Source: Camelus ferus (lineage: Eukaryota). From it: 64,000 bases of DNA. The stretch lies in the NCBI RefSeq assembly GCF_009834535.1, contig NC_045697.1, positions 84,198,001 to 84,262,000 of the forward strand, written 5' to 3'. The notes under the pieces are model-generated. The model did no database searches and was not told the DNA's origin. It saw nothing but the letters and a program-made list of their open reading frames with translations. Numbering within the stretch: the first letter of the stretch is position 1; every line of letters begins with the position of its first letter. Shown in pieces: positions 55,031 through 64,000 of this stretch. The translations under genes and the position numbers were made by a program.

Positions 55031-56021
55031 GTCACATATACGTGAAGCCAATGGAAAGTTATTCCCTTCGTCCAGTTCACAAACACTCAAGGACCATACA
55101 GGAAGACAGCAGACCCACCAGCCAGATGAACAGAAACTTGAAAGATCAAGTGAATGCAAATTTTCCGAGTGGCTTAAAACAGAAAATTCTGAGAGAACAG
55201 GCTTGCTTTTTTCCACTGATGATAATTCTGCTTCTGGAAAGAGAGTGAACAGTAATGAAACAGTCTCATCATCTTCATTGTGGTCGTCACACATGAGAAC
55301 TGTGGAGTTAAAGCCAGATACTGCTCCCCTCCTCCAGCAGCAGAATATGCTGGAGCAGTGTTCCTCTGAGAACTCTTTACCCAGGGAATGTATAATTCCG
55401 TCAACTTGCAGATCTGATGGTTGTCAGATGCCAAAACTTGTTTGCCAGCATCCACCACCCCCTCTGCCACCAAAGAAATATGCTACAGCCAGTGTGCCAC
55501 AGTCAGAGAAAAGTGATTCTACACCTGATGTCAAACTTACGGAGATGTTTAAAACTAATTCTTCTAGTCTTCCGAAACACAGTTTAAGTGCAGCTTCAGA
55601 ACCAGGTCTAGAAGTGAGCACATATATAAATGATGAAAGACCTAATGAACCATTTCAAGGAAAAGAGCGTGTTGGCAACACACCAGACTCACCATCTAGC
55701 TCTTTCACTAGTAATTTCCAGGCAGACTCGGGTACAGTTGTTGATGCTTTTTGCCAACCAGAAATAGACTCTGGTTCTACCGGTCCAAGTGAGACAGTTT
55801 CATTAACTACCTATTTTTCAGTTGATAACTGCATGACTGATACGTATAGATTGAAATACCATCAGAGGCCCAAGCTCTGTTTTCCAGAGAGCAGTGGCTT
55901 TTGTAATGATAATTCACTGTCTCAGAGTGAAAGAGAGCTAGGACCTGTGTTACATAGTGGCCTTGGTTCAAATTGCCCTTCTGGGCAAAGATATAAACCT
56001 GGTATACATTGTAATAGATAA
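55031..56021 (+). CDS. USP53: USP53 last coding exon
   Basis: tttcag|G+[15 protein letters not shown]...[10 protein letters not shown]...[26 protein letters not shown]...GIHCNR-TAA; 991 nt. Summed CDS is 3327 nt = 1108 aa + stop. Confidence 0.97.
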
Positions 56022-58300
56022 ACAATGAAACCGGCAAGCTTATATTTATCAGAGACCGTTAACCATTAATTGACTGACCAAACCTAGTGATATATGAAAT
56101 TAAAAACCATGGCATTTTTAAAGTCATTAATCACTTTAACTTTCCATATAGCTATTTTATTTTTTTTTTTGAAGATAAGCTTATTGGATATTTTAGAAAT
56201 TCCCTCTCAATTGTCTTGGCATATCTCAAAAAAGAGAAAAGCAGGGGATATGCAAAAATGTCATTCATCATATACTGCAGTTGAGTAGAACTGTAATTTA
56301 TCTGCTTTATTTTCTGACTAGTAGACCCGTAAGTATTAAACCAGTACTCATATGTAGATTGGAAAACTCTGCTAACTGAAAGGTATCAGGTGATAGTTTG
56401 TATAGTCAAAGCAGTATTGCTTTGTGAAGAAGCACTTTCTAATGGGTAGCCAAAAGAGGACTTCACCCATTTGCTTTTGACTTCTGTGATAGTCTACTAC
56501 ATATGGCCCCTTTAAGTGTCTTAAGAAAATGTTGACCCATGAAATTGATAGCATTTGGAAAAAAAGCCTTAATGATAAAGCAGTTTTTAAATTAAATTCT
56601 CAAGGTCAGAAAAGACTTAACTTTGCTCCTAGAATTTTTGTTTTCAGAATGCCTAGTTAACATAAATTAGGCCTTTGTTATAGTATGCATTTATAAATAT
56701 TATTTCAGCCATGTAAGCTAAAAATAATCACTTCACTTTGGTATATTTATTTGTTACAATTTTTTCTAATTTTATATGAAATGTGAAAGATTTTTATTTT
56801 GGTTTGGTTTACTTTGGGCCACTAATAACCAGTGTTAGGAATTAACCTAAGGCTCTCTAAATAAGAATATCACTGTGACTGCCTAAATTTTCCCTGCTAT
56901 AATCTTATCTGTTTATAGGTTGTCAGCCCACTTTAGTGATTTTCATATTCTTAAATTGGAAAATCTTTCTGGGTTTTCAGATTAAATTTCTGCCTTTCAT
57001 ATAGAAGATTTGATTTTAATGAAATGTATTAATTTGAGCATGCCTCCCTTTTTTCTAGTCTAAACCAATAGTAATTTTACTCCACCTACTTCCATGGAGA
57101 AGGCTTTCTTTTAAAAATAAAGGAATTTTCCAATATTATGATGACCTTACCAGTGAAAATAAGTACTTTAATTGCCTTATTTCACAGTTGTCATTTAGTT
57201 TTATACTAAGCTGGTAAACTAATTGTGGTTTAGAATAGTTTTATATTGTTCACTTATTATAGAAATAAAATTACAGAATCATAGAAATGAAATTTTCCTT
57301 ACATTCATCAATGGATAAATTTTACAGATAAAATGTAATAATTCCATAAGCTAATTAGTAAATTTAATATTTTGACCTAAATCATTAAAATATTCCACAA
57401 TGTAAATGATTAAAATGAATAATTCTAGATAAGTAGAAAATAATTGCTTGTAGAAGTCTAAACTCACACACTTATCAAGTCTTGGCCAAATTTTGTCTTC
57501 CACCTAGAGAAATTTTTAGTAACCTTTTCTAATTATAACAGTAGGTGATTATTACTTTATGTTCTCTTAATTTAGAAACACTTGAATATCAACTAAATAA
57601 AATTTTATCTTTAAGAAAGCTTATTTTTAACATAGTTTCTAGTATGGAGGGTTTGTAAATGTTGTAAAGTTTGTAAAATTGTATTTGAAATGTCAGTGTA
57701 TTTAATTACTGCTTTTGTAACACTAAAATACTAGAAAAATGAGCTCCAAGTATTTTTAATAACTTTCAAAAACTTTCTGTACTTCATTTTTGGTTTATGT
57801 CCAGTTGAAAATGCATTATTTGAAACATTTAAACTAATTTCTGATACTTAAAAGCAATATCACAGATTTGTATGAGAGTCAACTCAAAATTGAATTGTAA
57901 ACATCAAATAGAAATGTCCAGTTTGGGCTCGTTTTTAAGTACTGTCCGGTTGAAACCTCCTGAATCATGTAATAGTATTAACAAACTAGAAACTGACCGT
58001 TTGTTTTCATGCTGATTCAACACTCCAAATATAGACTGAATATGTATTTACCAACTAATCATTCACATGTAAAGTTTTTTATTTCTAGGGTGCCTATTTA
58101 TTTTTATATATGTTTTCTTCTGGTTATAAGCTTATAATAACTTTTTAAATGATGCAACCAATAATTGTTGTAATGTTCAAAATACTTCAAAGTATTTTCA
58201 TGTGAAGTCAGTTTCTTCTGGTTCAGAATTTTGGGGGGGATAAACTGATTTTTAACTTCATATGGTGGGACTTTTCTTTGCATTCGTGAACTGTGGCTTC
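56022..58300 (+). other. USP53: USP53 AU-rich 3'UTR (3' end uncertain)
   Basis: Repeat-poor AT-rich sequence after the stop. AATAAA hexamers at 57116-57121, 57264-57269 and 57596-57601; the true cleavage site cannot be determined here. Confidence 0.55.
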
Positions 58301-58442
58301 CTCTTAATCCTTGTGAATTGTTTTATGGGAAACTAAGTCAATTTAAGGTTCAGGGGTGAACTTGGAACATTGTTGATCATAAAATTTATCACAGGAGACT
58401 CCCAAGAGTTCAGCTCCAGCGAGGTCTAAAGGAGGGTTCCTA

Positions 58443-58782
58443 CAGGAGTTGGTAAACTTTCTGTAAGGAGCCAGAGAGTAGGTAATTTAGGGTTTGTGGA
58501 CCATAGGGTCTCTGTAACAACTACTCAACTTTGCCACTATAGTGTGAAAGCAGCCATAACAACATTTACATTGCAATATGCAAATGAATGGGGGCATGTC
58601 TGTTTTAGTAAATCTTGATAGCTCAGCATTGAAACTTGGATTTTATATCATTTTCACATCATGAAGTAGTCTTTTGATTTTTTTTCAATCATTTTGAGGT
58701 AAAAGTCATTCTTAGCTCACAGGCCTTATAAAGAGAGGCGGTGGGCCAGATACGGCCTATTGATGAAGTTTGATGATCCTTG
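58443..58782. mobile_element. MER58 (hAT-Charlie) DNA transposon
   Basis: CAGGAGTTGGTAAACTTTCTGTAAGGAGCCAGA...CAACTACTCAACTTTGCCAC...GGTGGGCCAGAT...AGTTTGATGATCCTTG with imperfect terminal inverted repeats. Confidence 0.85.
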
Positions 58783-58929
58783 CCCTAGAGCATAATAACC
58801 TCTACATTAAATGCCCTCACTAAATATCCTGTAGTCTCTGCATGTATTCCCATGCCATTCAGGGTCCAGGTATATGGAACCCTCTACATCCTAAAATTTT
58901 TAGGTGTAACAAACCCCTAAAGACTACCT

Positions 58930-60551
58930 CACAATTGCTCATTAGCCAATTTATTTTAAATGGTTATTAAAACAATCATTTCACGTATATGGATTTGTGA
59001 AATTTACAAAGGAATTTATCAGACTAAAATCACATTGATAGTACTTTTTAAATTTGTTTTTGTTATAGCAAGTTTGCCACCTCTTCTTGGTGTCCCATTT
59101 ATCCAGTTAAAAGCCTTCAAATGTGGGTACTTTATGCAGTCACTGTCCTTGAGATGGTACAATTCAGTGGTAGACAAATTTCATCTGTAGGAGAGTCAAA
59201 CTTCATACTGTCACCATTTTGTATGCCACTTACAGTCATGTCACAACAGTAAGATCTCTCCATATTCCCTGTACTAGAAAATTTCTGAATATTCAATAGT
59301 TGTGGCTGTCACAGTAGGGTGATTTTAGGTTCAGAAAGGTAGTATGGATTAGAAATCTGTATGTGTAACCTAACACAATTTGTCAAAACAAAAGCAAATC
59401 AGACCAAATTCACCTGTCCAATAAACATTTATTGGACAAAATTATTAGCAAGCAGCACAGAAACAATCCGGTATCCTCAATAAAATTCAGTTCTGTTTCT
59501 CTAGATGCTTCAACCTTTGTATAAAGTTCCCTTCAGGCAGACTCAACAGTACTCTGAAGGCACAACTGTTAAGCTTACAGACCGCATTAGGCTAAAATCC
59601 TCCAAAATCAATTTTGGATTTCACACCAACCCTAAATGCCATTCTAAAAAGTAGAGGATGTAGAGTTTACCAGATCTATGCTCTGTTTCTAAGGGAGGGG
59701 AATAGCCCTGAAATATTTAGGCAATTCCAATATATAAAATGTCACAAATTTCAAAGACAAGAGCCCATTTCTAACATCTGTTGGGTAACAGGAATAGCTT
59801 CTGAAGGGCTTATAGTAGCTGCTTGGGGAGTGTGAATCTTTCACATTAAATACTAGCTGATCACCCCTAGAATGTAAATTCTTGTTAACATACTTAATTA
59901 AGGCAAGACTTTCTGCCTGTTTTGTTCTCTGCTGTTCCTGGCCCACAGTAAGTGCTCAAATATTTGCTGAATGAGTAAATATGCTGACTTTGCTGAAGTA
60001 TTTAAGTTACAGACACTTAAAAAACTTATGTTTTGGGCACAAACGTTCTCAATGCACTGACAATAATAAAAAACAGGTTTGAAACACACAGTCCTGTTTT
60101 AGGGGGTTCAAGAGCTTAAAAAGGAAGTGAGGGGAAGCAATCAGGTAGGAGGACATACATCCTAGCCTTCCATTAGTGGATATATAATTTCTCTAAAATT
60201 GTATCAATCTGACAACCATAACAGAGGTCCACTTAATCTAAAAATTAAACTGAGTCTTAACAGCCAATATGTCGTGGGCCTGTGTTTTCTGTACAGCTTC
60301 TAACTCCTTTTTTCAAAATCCTTCCCTTGCTTTTGAATAATAAGTTTTAAGAACTTAGCTACGAGTGAGATCATTACCCATTGGATATAGTCCTAGAGAG
60401 TAACAGAATGTGTAGAATGAAAGAGAGGTCCCTTAGAGTTTGAAATTCTTCTGGTGCACAATCCTATCTTCTTTGTTCAAGAAGTTTGTAGTCATTTTCA
60501 GAATCCACTCCAGGAGCCAAAATTCTTAATTTAGATATCAGGCAAACCATT
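58930..60551 (-). other. C4orf3: C4orf3 exon 2 (last base of stop codon plus 3'UTR; 3' end uncertain)
   Basis: Minus-strand acceptor TACTTGTTTTTTACAG|AATGG at 60552/60551. The first exon base A completes TG|A. Confidence 0.75.
58950..58955 (-). terminator. C4orf3: Candidate distal polyadenylation signal of C4orf3
   Basis: AATAAA on the minus strand (TTTATT on +), followed on the minus strand by a GT/T-rich stretch (TTGTGAGGTAGTCTTTAGGGGTTTGTT). Confidence 0.5.
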
Positions 60552-62006
60552 CTGTAAAAAACAAGTATTTGTCAACAATGTTTCCTCTTTTTTCTTCAAA
60601 TTCTTTAAGTCAACTTCTAAAAATTTTGATCAGTGTAGTCACTCGCTTATTCTTAAATGACTTACATATTGATAAGAGTGAAAAAGGCTCTTCCAAAGCT
60701 TCAATTTTCTACCTAGAGCTGAAAATTCAGATTAAAAAAAAAAAATCACCATACTTGAGTCTCTACCAAAACCAAACCAAACAAAACCAGGAGTAGTGTG
60801 TGGAAAGATTTTCCTTTACAAATGACAGAGGGTTTTACAGAAATGTGCATCTGTTCCATCTGTCCCACTGAACCTTCTACCTTCTAATTTGCCACACCAT
60901 CCAAAAAATCAAAGACAAAGGGGCCTCAGATACGATGAGCTCATGCCCATATCTTTGCCAAAACCTGCGGCTGAGGGTGAGGAAAGAACACATAATTCCC
61001 CATCAAGGAGGGCAAATTCATAAGCAAGATGATTGAGAGAAGTTAAGGTGAGTAAACAATCAACTCCAAAAGAGCTGTTTCATGACTAAATAAGCTACAC
61101 TGCGCCTTCTTCTCCAGCTCACTGCTTCTCTCCAGAACTTGTCCCTTACTATCATCTTAGTCCTGTGTCCTCCTTGTTTTGCTTCCCCCTCCCCATCCCC
61201 TAAGTTCCCTTCTTTTATCCTCTGCCAAAACTGTCTTTTCGGAGTGAGTGGCAATGAAAACGGAGAGCATGGATTGTTTTCCAAGTGGAACCCACAGAAT
61301 TTTGTGACTTATGAATTGGTGGTTTGGGGTGTGAGACTGTGTATAAAAAGGAGGGGAAATCAGAAAGAATTCCAGGATTCTGGGAGAAAAACTGGGTGGA
61401 TAAAGTTAACATTTACTGAAATGGGCCACTGAAAAATAAGTACCTTTGGGTAAGAAGTTAATTCAGTTCTGGACCTGTTTGAGATACCCTGCGTGGCCCG
61501 CTTGTGCTCAAATTGTTGTACAGTAACAGCAGCTTTAGCTGAGCGCTTACTGCGGCCGGGGCAACATGCAAATAAACCGCTTTGAGATAAATTAATATCT
61601 TATTTGATCAACACTGCAGCCCACCCCACCCGATTACCATTGCTTCCAAATGGTAAATAAGAAAACAAAGCTCCCAGAAGCCACATAACATCTCCAGTTT
61701 CTTCGTGGTAGCGCAGAAACTCAAATCCAGTTAGTTTCATTCCAAAACATAAAAAATTATGATGCCAAGTTTTCTCCATACCTCTCTCTACACCCTCAAC
61801 TGAGGTGCCAAGGAAGGATATTTTCTCTCTAGTCTTCATTGCAACTCCCCCACCTACCAGACCCCGCCACTCACCAGCTATAGGACTTTAGACAGACTCT
61901 ACTCTCTGGAAGTCAGTTTCCTTGCCTCTCCCCACCCACCGCCCCAAATTGGGGTAGGTGGTTTCTAAGCCCCTTATCACTTCAACGCTGCATTCAGAGT
62001 ACTCAC

Positions 62007-62212
62007 CATGGCAAAAAATACATGAAGAAAAACACCACTAGGTCGAAGAGGATGAAGAGCCAGAGATCCAACCAGTAGGACTGCTTTGGAAACTGGTTTG
62101 CCCCGGAATGAGCCCGCACTTGGTTCTGCTGCTGCCTCTCGGCTTCACCCAAGCCTCGCCGCTCCCAGGGACCATTCCGACCATCTCCCGCCGCCGCCGC
62201 GCCCCTTTCCAT
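62007..62212 (-). CDS. C4orf3: C4orf3/ARLN (another-regulin), SERCA-regulating single-pass microprotein, 68 aa; stop completed in exon 2
   Basis: AAGATGG Kozak context; MERGAAAAGDGRNGPWERRGLGEAERQQQNQVRAHSGANQFPKQSYWLDLWLFILFDLVVFFFMYFLP with the recognisable C-terminal TM motif SYWLDLWLFILFD. Donor TG|GTGAGT at 62007/62006. Position downstream of and convergent to USP53 matches the known mammalian order. Confidence 0.95.
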
Positions 62213-62560
62213 CTTGCACCAGTCGCCGGGCCACAATCCGAGCAGCTGGAAAGCCTCAGTTCCCGCACTTCCGTGTTCACCTCGCCGGAAACTGGGCAAA
62301 CTACGATCGCACAGGCACACGCAGCTCCCCGCCCGGAAGTAGGCTCTGAGCCGCCCCTCCCACGGCGCAGGCGCGGCCGCCGCTCCGCTGTCTCCGTGAC
62401 CGTAGGCCCGTAGCGCAGCCTCCACCCGGAAGCGGAGGAAGGGCGCCCGCCCACTCCGCCCTGCTGCGTCCAGGTGGGAAGCTAGTTGTTCGGGTTTCAC
62501 TGGAAGGAATGCTTTGTGGCAAGACTGGAAGTTACCGTCACGTCCCATTCTGGTCAGGTG
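62100..62560 (-). promoter_or_regulatory. C4orf3: CpG-island promoter of C4orf3 with ETS/GABP and GC-box motifs
   Basis: CpG-rich; CCGGAAGT at 62333-62340, CCGGAAGC at about 62426-62433, ACTTCCG at about 62267-62273, several CCGCCC boxes, CGTCACGTC near 62536. Confidence 0.85.
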
Positions 62561-62883
62561 ATGGATTCTACTTTGGAACTGCCCCTGGTCACCTCTCCTT
62601 ATCCCTGTATTATTCCTTTTGGATCCTTAACGCCATGGATTTAAAAGGGCCGCTCTGATGCGTTTTGTACTGTCCCTAGCTTGTTACAGTTATTTTATTT
62701 AATCCCTGAAACAGATGTAATCAGAGAGAGACATCATAATTATGAGCATCTGAGGAGGCTAGAGAGAAAAACGTGAGAATTTTGTATATACCTCAAAGGA
62801 ATGAATTTAAGAATAATACAAGGGTTTGTGCTTGTGAACCCCCGTGAGATTAGAATGTTAGCAGAAATAAAATGATTTACCAC

Positions 62884-63388
62884 TGTAGGAGAGGAACAAT
62901 TTTCCTCTGCCCTCTTTGGGTCTCCAGCTGGGCCTGAGAATTAAACTGACGTAAGACAGATTAACAGAAGAAAAAGATACAGGTTTTATTTATTTTTACA
63001 CGTACATGGGAACCTTCACAAGAGTGAAGACCTGAAGAAGTCAGGACACAAAGCTTTTATCTTTTTTAGTAAAAGAAATAATTAAGACAAAGGAGTTTGG
63101 GCTAAGGGTAGTAAGTTGTGGATAAATGACTAGGGAAAAAAACGTTAGTTTAACAAGGTTTGTTTGTATGGATTTCTTGGTCTGATTTCCCGTCTCTGGC
63201 GATAAAAATGTTTTCTTCCCGTGTAGGGAGGGCATCTTTTACTGGGCAGTTTTATCTCTTGCTTTCAGTAAGAAAAAGGAAGGTCAGAGTGCCCTTCTTG
63301 CACCTGCTGTTTCTCAGGTGCCTTTAACTCAAAACAATCAGTATGCCAGAGTGACATATTTTGGGGTGACACGTTCTGAACTCCTTAA
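62884..63388 (-). mobile_element. ERV1 3' LTR (MER34-like)
   Basis: Minus strand begins T(T)AAGGAGTTCAGAACGTGTCACCCCAAAATATGTCACTCTGGCATA and ends CCTACA. It has a TATA-like GATAAAA (about 63061-63055) and AATAAA (62990-62985), and is preceded by a purine tract ACAGGGGAAA. Confidence 0.8.
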
Positions 63389-63457
63389 TTTCCCCTGTCT
63401 GAAACTTCCCTAGAAGTTTCACATAAAAGCTGAGTTGGGAGCTGTGGAGAGAAGAAT

Positions 63458-63945
63458 TAGGTTAGCAACTGAGTGGCAAGGAATCTGCAAAGGGGGAGAA
63501 GAACATAGATTAGAATGAGGATGAGTAAACATAAAGTAACAAATCTAAGCACATTTCCCCATATCCCATTAAATTAAATAAATCTATCTCTAGGAATAGA
63601 TGAGTCCAATAGAATGGCTGAACCTCATTGATGGAGACTCTGTCTTGTCCTTCAGAATGTGCAGATTAGACACTATTTGTCCCAAGTGATTTACATAAAA
63701 GCATTCTTCACCAGTGACCTCACAAGCTTCTCCTTCTCAGGTTGTCAGTGTCTCCAGGGCAAGGCGATTTTGGAGTCCAACAGAGGCTAAGCTATTAGCT
63801 TTTAATTAAAAGGCTTCCAATATTTGCACAATAATGTTGAACTCTTGTTCTGTTACTATGGAAAGATTGAGAACTATTTTTCCAACTCATAAGCTCCAAA
63901 GCCTAGAAAAAGAGATCTCAGTACTGAAAAGAACTTAGAATTGTG
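63458..63945 (-). pseudogene. Decayed gammaretroviral env TM subunit (ERV1 internal region)
   Basis: Minus-strand translation: fusion-peptide-like FFSVLRSLFLGFGAYELEK, heptad, NSLASVGLQNRLALETLTT*EGEACEVTGEECFYVNHLGQI, then TM segment VLRFVTLCLLILILIYVLLPLC; contains stops and frameshifts. Confidence 0.88.
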
Positions 63946-64000
63946 ATACACAAACCAGTTTTCTATAACATCTCACCTAGTATGTTTATGTGGCACTGCT

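Noticed and set aside
54953..56037. Several antisense ORFs over the last USP53 exon
   Set aside because: Shadow ORFs of a real coding exon, with no independent signals.
62038..62522. Additional overlapping ORFs on both strands in the C4orf3 island
   Set aside because: Expected from high GC content; only the frame ending in the regulin TM motif is recognisable.

Overview
Mammalian genomic DNA, most likely a camelid, inferred from a Vic-1-type tRNA-derived SINE and camelid/cetartiodactyl-style L1 3' ends. The window holds the complete USP53 gene on the + strand. Its CpG-island promoter and first exon lie at about 8.5-9.3 kb, and 15 coding exons run from 25044 to 56021. These splice through GT-AG introns into an uninterrupted 3327-nt CDS (1108 aa) with an intact Cys41/His301/Asp318 triad. 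Convergent with it is the microprotein gene C4orf3/ARLN (another-regulin, 68 aa) on the - strand, whose TGA stop is split by an intron. The right end holds the 3' LTR, polypurine tract and a decayed env TM gene (LQNR immunosuppressive domain) of a MER34-like ERV1 provirus. The rest is introns and intergenic DNA filled with L1, L2, CR1/L3, MIR, MaLR/ERVL LTRs and hAT DNA transposon relics. I found no wholly new gene system. The most interesting signals are regulatory: a uORF-packed USP53 leader with an overlapping uORF, a SINE-donated intronic polyA site that could give a catalytic-domain-only USP53, a palindromic two-strand AATAAA element between the convergent genes, the splice-insensitive stop and in-frame N-terminal extension of C4orf3 next to a sense LTR, and a 32-aa USP53 C-terminal extension. 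Repeat family names and human comparisons come from memory, not from a search.
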